A stretch of 53,213 nucleotides of DNA, taken from Octopus bimaculoides. Lineage: Eukaryota. The stretch covers positions 30,432,875 to 30,486,087 of the forward strand of contig NC_068986.1 in assembly GCF_001194135.2 (NCBI RefSeq), written 5' to 3'. The notes under the pieces were generated by a model. It was not told where the DNA came from and searched no databases. It worked only from the letters and a program-made list of their open reading frames with translations. Positions 36,156 to 48,009 of the stretch are shown here, in pieces (positions within the stretch are counted from its first letter, which is position 1; every line of letters begins with the position of its first letter). The translations under genes and the position numbers were made by a program.

Positions 36156-38597
36156 ACCCTCTTGTCAAAGACAACGAATGAACATTTGGCTTTTGTCAAA
36201 CGACCTGCACAAGTGATCTGTTCATAGTGGTCAAATGTTCGTGCCACACACTAGCTCAGTCTCTCCATCAAATCAATGTTGGCTGAACAAGTGCACTGTG
36301 TACCATGCATCGGGTGTCGAAGTGATTGCAGAGCAACGTGAGATGAAGTATTTTGCTCAAGAACACACCACACCACCAGTTGATTACTAGATTGTCAGTG
36401 CAAACCACTAAGCCAAGTTCCCTCACACACACACACACATTATTAGAAACTGTTTTATCAATTGTAAAATTGAGTTTCATCTTCCTGATTATTCACATGA
36501 GTAGCTTAACAATATATATGCAAAAATATTTTCAAATACATCGAAAAATATAATTAGTTGTCAGTATATAGCAATTTGATTGGTTGTTGAAAAAATGTTA
36601 GAAAAGATAGTATACGTTCATTTGTTCAATTTATAAGAGCAAAACATGTAATATTTTCATATTTTCACATACAAAAATTTGTGATGCTTTCATATCTTCA
36701 GTATCAAGTGTATAAAACACACATGAGTAAGAGTAGTGGCTACTGTTAAAACTTTTGGGTTGATGAATAAATGAATATTTGTTATAATATGTGGCTATAT
36801 TTCAAGCTATGGCAAATCCATAATGTTGGAAATAAACTATTTTAGTTAACTTATAGCTAGAAACTTCTCACTAAATAGCAATAGAATGTCTGAAAGAATT
36901 CAGTATTTCAAACATTTTGTTTGAAATTGCAAAAGGCTGTAACAGAATGATATTTTTCTCAAAAAAAAACCAAAAAAAAACAGTTCACACTTTCTAGTAT
37001 AATTAATTGAGAGGAATGTGAGTTTATAATAGTTCAATCAGCTCTATAATTGTTAATATGACTATTCTTGGAGCTCCAGATATATTTTGATAATGAATTG
37101 ATATGATGTCTTTCAGGGTGTCTGAATATATACATATGTAACAAGAATAACTTTTGAAAGAGAATTTCATTAAACCCTACATCGCTTTTTGCTTTGTAAG
37201 ACATATCTTAGCTCAATAACTTAATGTTTTAAAAGCACAAACAACCTTGAGAAGTCAAACATTAGAGCTTTTCAGATTAGAGAGAGGTGAGACGTTTTGT
37301 ATGTTTACACTTGAAGTCTGTTTGGTTTATACTGGTATAGAAGCAACAAAGTTTTGGGTGCAACTAAGTCTCACTTTAATGTTCTTCTTTTTCCTTATTC
37401 TAATAAATATCTTGTGATATTTATGACCAAGGAGAAATATTTTTATATAATTTAGGAAAATACAGGCAACATTGGAGAAACATTTAATCTAAAAGAGGGA
37501 CTATATTTATGATATTTTGTTTCATATCTTTGAATTTATGAATATTATTATTGTTTTGTGTGCAATGTATTTTATCTTTGAAGACACTATCTTTTGATAC
37601 ATCCTCATAATAAAGAACAGCATGGCTAAAGGTTTCCTTCTCAAAAGATAAGCTTGATATGCATTTACTAACGTTGTTAACTCTCTAAAGGGTGTTGGAA
37701 TCCATATTAACATGTTGGCATTTCTCATTAGGTTTACTATAAGGGTAGTATTTGCCAATACCTAGATTTAGAGTTATGTGAAAGAAATTAATTCTGCATA
37801 AATTCATATCAACTGTGATCTTTAAATTTAACATTTTGAATAATGTAATGTGCATAGTTGCTGTTGAGGTGCTTCTGTATACAGGTGAGTTCCACATACA
37901 TGCATCTGTATGTGTGTGTGCATGTGTGCAAGCATGTTATATTAAATTATATTTTTCTTTATTATTGCTCTGTCAAATATACTAGATTCAAATTTTGATG
38001 GTCTGGCTACTTAACTATTTTAATAATAGTTATTTGCACATTAAACCAGTATATTTGTTGTCAGACAGTTATATATAAATATGTATGTATGCATCTATGT
38101 ATATGAATGTAAATATATGCATAAGTATGTATGTACATACATATGTATGTATATCATATGTATGTATGTATGCATGTATGTATGCATGTATGTATGCATG
38201 TATGTATGCATGTATGTATGTATTAGCTATAAACTAATGAAAGTGATTATGTAACTCCTGTTCTTTTGTCACTCATTTATTAATTAACATTACATTCTGT
38301 TCATCATTGTACTACTGGAAAAATGAATATCTTATCTATATCATAAATCAGACAGACTGAAAATCCATTCAAAATCAAGCATTCTTATATCTTTTATAAT
38401 CAAAACAGAAGTGACATACAGTTAAAATTTCATTTGGAATCTCAAATCAAAAAATATTAGCCACAATCAAGTTCTACATTAACAACAAGAACAAAAAGAA
38501 TTTAAGGCTACCAATTCACTATAGAATAAAGTCTGAAAATTCTCTTTGTACACACACCTCTCCTTAACCATTACTCAGAATGTTATATTACTTCATT

Positions 38598-39272
38598 CTT
38601 TTACTTGTTTCACTCATTTGACTGTGGCCATGCTGGAGCACTGCCTTTAGTCGAACAAATCGACCCCAGGACTTATTCTTTGTCAGCCTAGTACTTATTT
38701 TATTGGTCTCTTTTGCCGAACTGCTAAGTTACGGGGACATAAACACACCAACATCGGTTGTCAAGAGATGGTAGGGGGACAAACACAAACACACAAATAC
38801 ACAGACACACAAATACACACACACACACACACACACANNNNNNNNNNNNNNNNNNNNNNNNNNNNNNNNNNNNNNNNNNNNNNNNNNNNNNNNNNNNNNN
38901 NNNNNNNNNNNNNNNNNNNNNNNNTATATATATGACAGGCTTCTTTCAGTTTCTGTCTGCTGAATCCACTCACAAAGCTTTGGTCAGGCTGAGCCTCAGT
39001 AGAAGACATTTGCCCAAGGTGGCGAGCTGGCAGAAATGTTAGCACACCAGGCAAAATGCTTAAAGGTATTTCGTCTGTCTTTACGTTCTGAGTCCAAATT
39101 CCGCCGAGGTCGATTTTGCCTTTCATCCTTTTGGGGTCGATAAATTGGGGTCGATAAATTTGGGGTCGATCTAATCGACTGGCCTCGTCCCCCAAAATTT
39201 CAGGCCTTGTGCCTAGAGTAGAAAAGAAGACACTTGCCCAAGGTGCCATGCAGTGGGACTGAACCCGGAACT
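38598..39272 (-). mobile_element. SINE family A interrupted by a SINE B insertion
   Basis: The family A sequence breaks at gcccaaggtg (39021) and resumes at 39246 (ccatgcagtgggactgaacccgg). Confidence 0.88.
39022..39224 (+). mobile_element. SINE family B, full length, with 21-bp TSD
   Basis: TSD agaagacatttgcccaaggtg (39001-39021) and agaagacacttgcccaaggtg (39225-39245), 20/21 identical. Confidence 0.92.
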
Positions 39273-39297
39273 TTGCTTATATAAAACATTTAAAACA

Positions 39298-39610
39298 TTC
39301 ATCATCATCATTATCATCATCATTTAATGTTTTATCATTCTGGCGTAGGTTGGATGGTTTGACAGGAGCTGGCCAGCCGGGGAGCTGTCCAGACTCCAAT
39401 TGTCTGTCCTGGCATGGTTTCTATGGCTGGATGCTTTTCCTACAACCAACCACTTTACAGGGTGTGTTGGGTGCTCTTTACCCACCAGCATGGGTACATT
39501 TATGCAGCACTAACATGAGTGCATTTTATGTGGCACCAGACAAACCTGTATGTTTGGATGGATGTGATTTTACTTGGCTTGACGCATCTTCTCAAGTACA
39601 GCAAATCACC
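39298..39610 (-). mobile_element. RTE 3' UTR copy (family C), diverged
   Basis: (CAT)n tail, ggttggatggtttgac...ctatggctggatgc. Confidence 0.75.
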
Positions 39611-39884
39611 ACAGCTCTTGGTCTTTTGTCATTTTCTCATGACATTTTCAACCTTTAATCTACTCTAACAGAGTAGATTAACCATAATAACTGAATACTA
39701 ATCATCTAAAGTATCAATTAATCATTAACTTATACCAAGTACACCGTATTTACATTATAAATCTTTACATCATAAATCAAAACTTCTGATTTGATAAACC
39801 ACATAGTATTTTTTGTACTGATATAACTGTCTCAGCTTATCATATATTTAACCATTAAAAAAAAACATCCATTTGACTTTGTAT

Positions 39885-40132
39885 ATCATCATCATCATCA
39901 TCGTTTAACATCCGTTTTCCATGCTAGCATGGGTTGGATGATTTGACTGAGGACTGGTGAACCAGATGGCTACACCAGGCTCAAATCTGATCTGATAAAG
40001 TTTCTACAGCTAGATGCCCTTCCTAGTGCCAACCACTCTGAAAGTGTAGTGGGTGCTTTTACGTGCCACTGGCACAAAGGCCAGTCAGGCGGTACTGGCA
40101 ACGGCCACGCTCAAAATGGTGTATTTTACGTG
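39885..40132 (-). mobile_element. RTE 3' UTR copy (family C)
   Basis: catcatcgtttaacatccgttttccatgctagcatgggttgg...ccacgctcaaaatggtg. Confidence 0.88.
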
Positions 40133-41074
40133 TAATATAGTAAAAAATCAACCCACACAATTGGTTTGAATTAAGTTTGATTTCAAGCACAAATTTACTC
40201 TAGCAACTTCTAAAGTACCTAAAACCTTGTAAACTTTTGTAAACCTTTGCACACTTCCCTACTTTATATAGCAGCAGTATTATAGTCAAATACATAATAT
40301 TCTTACTTGTTTGATTGTTCTGATAAAACTTATAACCATTTGTATTTTGAATCCAGTATTGACCCCTGGTGTATATATAACTTCCATTCCAGCATATTAA
40401 TAAATTACTACCTACATATAATTAGACTGAACGTAATGAATAGGGCTACAACAATAATAACCTCCTTTTTAATTAATCAAACTCACATAGAAACACATGC
40501 ACACACAAACACACAAGCAAAAACACAAACACATACAAATATTGTTTTATTCTCAACTAATTACATTTTCCTTTGTCTTCCTACCATCCCCAGATATTTC
40601 CTCTATTATTTCCTTCAATAATATCCTGCATATTATAACACAATATATTAACAATAATCCACAATTTACTTAATCAGACCTGTGCCATTTACTCATTAAT
40701 TTGCTCCATAAAAATCATATCCATATCCATTTTATATTATATTTCATAATAGATAACCCACATAGCATTCTTTCTTGTATCAATATACTTATTCCTGCAC
40801 TTCTCATTTATTTGACCAGAGTACAAAAAAACCTACCAAAATTTATTCACCAACATACTAAAACCTACTTACACTCATAAATTTAATTTGGACCCAAATT
40901 ACTCCCACAATTTCCATGCTAGTACCTACAGCTTTGTACGTCCATTTGCATTTTGAACACTTGATATTTTTCGTAACAACCTTATCACATATTCTGGAGG
41001 TGTACTTGTCAGGCAAATGATTTAATCTGGAACAATGTGTTGAAACTAAAACAATTACAGCATGAAAGACAAAT

Positions 41075-41290
41075 ATTGGTTTCAAATTTTGGCACAAAGC
41101 CAGCAAGCTCAGGGGAGGGACTAAGTTAATTTCATCAACCCCAGTGCACAACAGGTACTTAATTTATTGACCCTGAAGGATGAAAAGCAAAGTTAATCTT
41201 GGCAGCATTTGATCTGAGAATGTAAAGATGGATAAAATACCACTTAGCATTTTACATTTAGCATTTTGCTAACAATTCTGCCATGATAAG
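41075..41290 (-). mobile_element. SINE family B
   Basis: tttcaaattttggcacaaagcc...caggtacttaatttattgaccc...cacttagcatttt. Confidence 0.75.
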
Positions 41291-42529
41291 CACAAATTAG
41301 CCATTCTGAAACACAGAGAAATTGGTACAGTGGAATTATGACAGTGACCAAGTCACAGCTGGTGTACTGAAAATTTCAACATTAAATAATAAATGTTTAA
41401 GTGAAGTTAACAGTTTTTGTGTGATTTTGAATGGCTAAATAGCTAATAGGTGACTTTGACACTGTAATTTCAATATTACATAGTCAAATACTTTCTTCCA
41501 TTTCTTATTTGATCATTGTACTAAAACCTATACCTACTTGTATTTCAATTCAGCTTTTTCTCAGATATATTAGCAACTTCCTCTTAGCACACTCTGGTCT
41601 TTATATCACATACATATAATTAGAGTAAGCAAAACAAATATTTCTATTACTATAGCAACCTCTTTGGAATCAATCTGAGATTTTTTACAGATATTTATGC
41701 TTAGCCAATGATATTTCTTTTTGCCCCTTCACCACTCAAAATTTTTGTTTCAAATGCACTTCAGTCCTTTTGCCCAAAATAACTCGACTTAATTTACTTC
41801 ATTAGATAAGCTAAATCAATTTCAATTTCAAGTCCCCTAAAATTATACATATCAATTTCATTTAGAGATCCTGTTTGTATTGTTAGTTTTTTCTTTTTTG
41901 TTTTTGTGTGTTTTTTACTTTTTCAATAGTCACAGAACTCTTTCCACCATTTAAGTTAATAGAACATAATTTGATATAATGTATTAATATAATCAGATGA
42001 TAGCCGTCTCATATTCAAATGATAGTGAGACATCTGTACGTCATTGAATTTAAGTGGCAAAAATCCGTACAACACTTTTGCCATTTTCTCAGTCACCATA
42101 GTAGCTTCTATTGACAAGCATTGCAAGATGGTTGGTACTGATTTGACTGCAAGTTTTATATTAGAGTATCTTTGTCTTGGAAGAGCTGCCTTCGCCATGG
42201 TTTTGTCAAAAACAACACTATCACTGGTAAATATATTTAACCCTTGGATGGGATTCTGACAGGTACTTCCATTCTGGGTCAAAATGGACCTGGGGATAAC
42301 GGTAATTAAGGGGTCACTCCACACTCCCCACTACTCCAGAAATACCAAACTGGATTCTCACTGCTATGACCCCAAACTGGACCCTCACCTGTATGATGAT
42401 GGCTTAATTGGCCAAAACTTTGAAGTCACTGTCAATATTATTCTTGTTGAAGAACAATGAATTTGTCCCCTACAAAAGTATAGAGTTCAGATTTATGTAA
42501 AATTATTTAATATAAGATTATTTTTATTA

Positions 42530-42780
42530 TACCATCCGAGTGGGATCACTGCCAGAGCAGTGGTCTCTCTCCCGTGCCGATGGTACGTAAAAAGCACCAT
42601 TTGAACGCGATTGTTTCCAGCTTTGCCTTACTGACACTTGTGCCGGTGGCATGTGAACAAAACATTGGACTGACTCCTGTGCAGGTGGCACGTAAGAAAC
42701 ACCATTTGAGCGTGGCCATTGCCAGTATTGCCAGACTGGCCCTTGTGCCGGTGGTGCTTATAAAGCACCCACTACACTTT
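42530..42780 (+). mobile_element. RTE 3' UTR internal subrepeat region (family C), 3' end missing
   Basis: Repeated gtgccggtggcacgtaaaaagcaccatttgagcgtg units; stops at cccactacact. Confidence 0.8.
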
Positions 42781-42852
42781 TACAGCAACTGCACTCACAC
42801 CATCTCGCCTGGTATATATATACACACACACATTTATATAGGTTTAAATATG

Positions 42853-42884
<32 letters not shown>

Positions 42885-42919
42885 TTTATATAGGTTTAAA
42901 TATGCATGTCTTCTTTGTA

Positions 42920-43322
42920 TGAGTGGCTATGAGGTAAGAAATTTGCTTCCCAACCACATGGTTCTGAGTTCAGTTCCACTGTGTGACCCTTTGGGCAAGT
43001 GTCTTCTATTATGGCCTCAGGCCAACCAAAGCCTTGTGAGTGTATTTAGTAGATGGAAACTGAAAGAAGCCCACCATATGTGTGTGTGTGTGTGTGTGCG
43101 TGCATGCATGTGTGCATGTATGTGTGTGTGTGTGTGCATAAATATATATACGTGTGTGTGTTTTTGTGTCTGTGTTTGTTCCCCGCCCCAACAGATTGAC
43201 AACCAACGTTGGTGCATTTACACCCCTGTAACTTAGTGGTTCAGCAAAAGAGACTGATAGAATAAGTACCATGCTTTAAAAGAAAATAAGTACAGGGTGA
43301 ACTAGTTCAACTAAAATTCTTC
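42920..43322 (+). mobile_element. SINE family A
   Basis: gagtggctatgaggtaag...gttcagttccactg...cccctgtaacttagtggttcagcaaaagag. Confidence 0.85.
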
Positions 43323-43524
43323 ACCAAAACAAGTGTTAAGATTAAAAGATTTTAAAATAATTTCTGCCATTGACACATTTCACAAAGACCTTGATCGTAG
43401 CTCCAACTAATTTCTAATTCTCTACTGAACACTTTCATAGAACAAATGCCTGAATCAAACAAATTCCAATGAGCTAGTAAGGTTCATATATCAATCTTGG
43501 ATATAATGGGTTTTCTAACTTAAT

Positions 43525-43567
<43 letters not shown>

Positions 43568-44904
43568 TTAATATTATTATTATTCAGTAGTCATATTTTT
43601 ATCACATGCTTTCACTGTATTGAAAGTTCTTTAAGTAGGATGTGTGTGGTGCCTAGTTGTGCTATTTTATCTATGTTATGTATACACATAAGTCCTGGTA
43701 TTTTGGTTATGTATGCGTCTATTCATCATCGTCATCATCATCATCATCAATAATAATAATAATAATAATGATATAACACTGTTTTTTAAAAAGTTCTCAA
43801 TGGTTGCTATACTATATACTACTGCAGGAGGGATGACATGGGAGAACAAGTTACAGGAAAGTTCGGTTCCACAAAAATTTTAGTAGTGATTGTCATTTAT
43901 GGAAAGTAAATCAGAGGTGTCTCCATCATCCTTGAGATTCTGGCAAAGGCTGAGAGGTGTGAACCATATAAGCATGCAAAGCTAAATAGTAACACGATTT
44001 CAAACTTGAGGTTGATGATGATGATGATGATGATGACGTTGATATAGGATTAGTGAGTAACCACTTTTAAGAGATGAGCGGTATATTGTAACTGATTTTG
44101 TAGGTTGAAATAAAAGTACAAAAATCGATTTAAAAAGTTGTATGCATGTGTGTGTGTGTGTGTGTGGAGGAGGGTTTTTTTTTACTCATAGAGTAAAAAC
44201 CTCAAAAGGATAAATCAATGAATTCTCAAACAGTATGGTTTCACTTTCCAGAGGTTGCCAAAATCTGAGAANNNNNNNNNNNNNNNNNNNNNNNNNNNNN
44301 NNNNNNNNNNNNNNNNNNNNNNNNNNNNNNNNNNNNNNNNNNNNNNNNNNNNNNNNNNNNNNNNNNNNNNNNNNNNNNNNNNNNNNNNNNNNNNNNNNNN
44401 NNNNNNNNNNNNNNNNNNNNNNNNNNNNNNNNNNNNNNNNNNNNNNNNNNNNNNNNNNNNNNNNNNNNNNNNNNNNNNNNNNNNNNNNNNNNNNNNNNNN
44501 NNNNNNNNNNNNNNNNNNNNNNNNNNNNNNNNNNNNNNNNNNNNNNNNNNNNNNNNNNNNNNNNNNNNNNNNNNNNNNNNNNNNNNNNNNNNNNNNNNNN
44601 NNNNNNNNNNNNNNNNNNNNNNNNNNNNNNNNNNNNNNNNNNNNNNNNNNNNNNNNNNNNNNNNNNNNNNNNNNNNNNNNNNNNNNNNNNNNNNNNNNNN
44701 NNNNNNNNNNNNNNNNNNNNNNNNNNNNNNNNNNNNNNNNNNNNNNNNNNNNNNNNNNNNNNNNNNNNNNNNNNNNNNNNNNNNNNNNNNNNNNNNNNNN
44801 NNNNNNNNNNNNNNNNNNNNNNNNNNNNNNNNACACAGGTACATGAACTTATATATTGGTGTATATATGTATATATACCTACATAGAGAGAGAGGGAAAG
44901 AGGA

Positions 44905-45034
44905 GGAGCAGCGTTTGTGTGTGTGTCTGTCTGTGTGTGTGTCTGTGTGTCTGTCTGTGTGTGTGTCTGTGTGTGTGTCTGTGTGTGTGTCTGTATGTGT
45001 GTCTGTGTGTGTCTGTGTGTGTCTCTGTGTGTGT

Positions 45035-45078
<44 letters not shown>

Positions 45079-45080
45079 GA
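44905..45080. repeat. Compound (TG)n/(TCTG) microsatellite
   Basis: Direct reading. Confidence 0.95.
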
Positions 45081-45707
45081 GAGAAGAGATGTTGCGTGCA
45101 TTTGTGCATGTAAGCTGGATAGTTGATATTTCTTTATAACACTTGCTTCAAAATTTTGGCAAGAGACAAGTGAAACCATATTGTTCGAAACTTCAATGAA
45201 CTTAGTCCTTTTTGAAGGTTTTGGCTTACATTATATATATAGTCATTTGATTTACTAAGGTTCATACAGAATGGAGTGCTTTGATCTGCGCTATATAAAT
45301 TGCTAATAAGAAACCTTTAAAATACATCTGAATCAAGCTTTTGTTGTTGTTGCTCTTAGAACTATTCACATAAATGATTAACCATTTCCAAATTACTAGT
45401 TCATTATTACTGTTTTGCAAATATTCTAAAGGTGTTGTGTAGCCCCCATATCTGCTTTGACTATGTAGACTTTATAATCAAAGGCATTTCATTTGTAACT
45501 ATCCTGTATTTTTCTGTATATCACAGTCCACTGAGTCTTTTCTTTGTTTTTAAACCTTTGGGTGTGTTTGATGGAATTTGTCTGTTTTAGCTGCTTTTTT
45601 TTTTTTTTTTTACTAAGAGGTCAAGTGACTGCATCGTTTGTTGGCTCAAATATTTAAAAGTATGTATGTGTGTGAATGTACATACATACATTCACATACA
45701 TATACAT

Positions 45708-45882
45708 ATCGCCATGATAGATTGCTAGCCACTACACGTTCTTTTTTTCTCTCCTTGTTTTTTTCCGTGTTCCTTTCTGTGGAAGAGCGTAGGCTCAAAA
45801 CGTTAAAGACTTTTTCACTTCCCGAGCGTTATACTAATACATCTGTTTGTTTTCTACACCACCTGTCTTCGTCTTTTTTTTT
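45708..45882 (+). repeat. Dispersed repeat family F (copy 3)
   Basis: ctttctgtggaagagcgtaggctcaaaacgttaaagac...cccgagcgttatactaatacatc. Confidence 0.85.
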
Positions 45883-46132
45883 GTGTGTGTGTATATATAT
45901 ATATATACCAGGCGAGATGGTGTGAGAGCAGTTGCTGTAAAAGTGAGGTAGATCCAGCCACCCCTGTTAATGAGGACAAACCTGGACTTAAAATATTGGA
46001 ATTCAATTCACCAACATGTAGTGAAAGCAACAATCAAGATGAGGACACCAGTTCNNNNNNNNNNTATATATATATATATACATATTTAAACCTATATAAA
46101 TGTGTGTGTGTGTATATATATATATATACCAG

Positions 46133-46300
46133 GCGAGATGGTGTGAGAGCAGTTGCTGTAAAAGTGAGGTAGATCCAGCCACCCCTGTTAATGAGGACAA
46201 ACCTGGACTTAAAATATTGGAATTCAATTCACCAACATGTAGTGAAAGCAACAATCAAGATGAGGACACCAGTTCATCTAATGTCAAACACTGTATGTAA
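46133..46300 (+). CDS. Candidate terminal exon (ARWCESSCCKSEVDPATPVNEDKPGLKILEFNSPTCSESNNQDEDTSSSNVKHCM*); identical partial copy at 45912-46054
   Basis: AG at 46131-46132 followed by 55 open codons of non-microsatellite sequence; the acceptor lacks a normal pyrimidine tract. Confidence 0.3.
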   Translation, partial: ARWCESSCCKSEVDPATPVNEDKPGLKILEFNSPTCSESNNQDEDTSSSNVKHCM

Positions 46301-46364
46301 TATAAATTCCTCATCTCACAAATATAGAATTGTATTCAAAACCTATCTAATGGTTGTCGTTGGT

Positions 46365-46640
46365 CTGTGATGAGCCCCAGGACTCATAAAGCCAGAGCTT
46401 AACCTGGTTTCCTAGGTGTATAGATGATTGAAGTGACAAGGTTACAGCACTCCTCACTGAAGGGGATACCAGCCCATCACAGGGTTAACTTCCCAGCTAT
46501 TGCTGGAACTCATTTACAGTTGAGTGAACTGGAGCAACATGAACTGGAGTGTTTTGTTCAAGAATACAACACACCACCTGGTCCAGGAGTCAAAACTACA
46601 ATCTCATGATCATAAAAGCAATACTCTAAGCACTAAATGG
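46365..46640 (-). mobile_element. SINE family E with an ancient conserved central domain (Nin/Deu-type)
   Basis: Minus strand: tRNA-like head, gtgttgtattcttgaacaaaacac, then gttaaccctgtgatgggctggtatcccc...ggaaaccaggttaagctctggc. A related head fragment is at 36320-36385. Confidence 0.55.
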
Positions 46641-46677
46641 TTTAGTGTGCAAGAACTTGTTAAAAATAAATCTCCAC

Positions 46678-46925
46678 ATCATCATCATCATTAGTATCAT
46701 TTAATGTTCATTTTCTATGCTAGCATGGGTCAGATGGTTTCACAGGAGCTAGCAAGCAAGAGGACTGCACCAGGCTTTATTGTCTGCTTTTCTGCTTTGG
46801 CATGGCTTCTATGGCTGGATACCCTTCCTAATGGCAACCACAGTAAAGAGTGTACTGGATACTTTTTATGTGGCACCAGCACTGAGTGGGTCACCAAGTA
46901 ACTTGCAAGACAAAGCCCCCTCAAT
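46678..46925 (-). mobile_element. RTE 3' UTR copy (family C), diverged
   Basis: ttttctatgctagcatgggtc...ctatggctggatacccttcctaatggcaacc. Confidence 0.75.
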
Positions 46926-47734
46926 TGGGAAGAGTACTGAGGGAAGTGACTTTGTACCAGTTGGTGAGATAAGTATCTTGCTGCAGAGAAGATACATCAT
47001 TATATATATATANNNNNNNNNNNNNNNNNNNNNNNNNNNNNNNNNNNNNNNNNNNNNNNNNNNNNNNNNNNNNNNNNNNNNNNNNNNNNNNNNNNNNNNN
47101 NNNNNNNNNNNNNNNNNNNNNNNNNNNNNNNNNNNNNNNNNNNNNNNNNNNNNNNNNNNNNNNNNNNNNNNNNNNNNNNNNNNNNNNNNNNNNNNNNNNN
47201 NNNNNNNNNNNNNNNNNNNNNNNNNNNNNNNNNNNNNNNNNNNNNNNNNNNNNNNNNNNNNNNNNNNNNNNNNNNNNNNNNNNNNNNNNNNNNNNNNNNN
47301 NNNNNNNNNNNNNNNNNNNNNNNNNNNNNNNNNNNNNNNNNNNNNNNNNNNNNNNNNNNNNNNNNNNNNNNNNNNNNNNNNNNNNNNNNNNNNNNNNNNN
47401 NNNNNNNNNNNNNNNNNNNNNNNNNNNNNNNNNNNNNNNNNNNNNNNNNNNNNNNNNNNNNNNNNNNNNNNNNNNNNNNNNNNNNNNNNNNNNNNNNNNN
47501 NNNNNNNNNNNNNNNNNNNNNNNNNNNNNNNNNNNNNNNNNNNNNNNNNNNNNNNNNNNNNNNNNNNNNNNNNNNNNNNNNNNNNNNNNNNNNNNNNNNN
47601 NNNNNNNNNNNNNNNNNNNNNNNNNNNNNNNNNNNNNNNNNNNNNNNNNNNNNNNNNNNNNNNNNNNNNNNNNNNNNNNNNNNNNNNNNNNNNNNNNNNN
47701 NNNNNNNNNNNNNNNNNNNNNNNNNNNNNNNNNN

Positions 47735-47887
47735 ACTCCACAGACGTGTGTACCCTTAACGTAGTTCTCGAGGATATTCAGCGTGACACAGTGTGACAAG
47801 GCTGACCCTTTGAATTACAGGTACAACAGAAACAGGAAGTAAGAGTGAAAGAAAGTTGTGGTGGAAGAGTACAGCAGGGTTCGCCAC
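47735..47887 (-). mobile_element. SINE family D, internal fragment
   Basis: Reverse complement of 31290-31445. Confidence 0.88.
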
Positions 47888-48009
47888 CAGTTCCATTGAT
47901 GGCTTGAATCTGTAGTCTTCTAATCAGCCTTTTTCTTTCAGGTTTTGAGAACCCTAATTTTTCCAGGTTTTTGTTGAGGCAGTTCGTTACATATCCCAAT
48001 GCCCCAATG
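47888..48009 (-). mobile_element. R4/Dong-like (RLE-type) non-LTR retrotransposon C-terminal fragment
   Basis: IGALGYVTNCLNKNLEKLGFSKPERKRLIRRLQIQAINGT, resembling the IGALG...LQ...GT C-terminus of R4-clade ORFs. Confidence 0.65.

Noticed and set aside
40869-41027. Minus-strand exon candidate RLNHLPDKYTSRICDKVVTKNIKCSKCKWTYKAV...
   Set aside because: Splice signals are plausible, but no family is recognisable and it cannot be linked in phase to other candidates.
42574-42770. Regularly spaced ggcacgtaaaaagcacc repeats resembling a CRISPR array
   Set aside because: Internal subrepeats of the RTE 3' UTR; the spacers are related to each other, the DNA is eukaryotic and there are no cas genes.
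47938-48006. Plus-strand exon-like segment with strong acceptor and AAT|GTAAGT donor (GFENPNFSRFLLRQF... or VFVEAVRYISQCPN)
   Set aside because: Better explained as the antisense of the R4/Dong-like fragment, which has a homologue at 49815.
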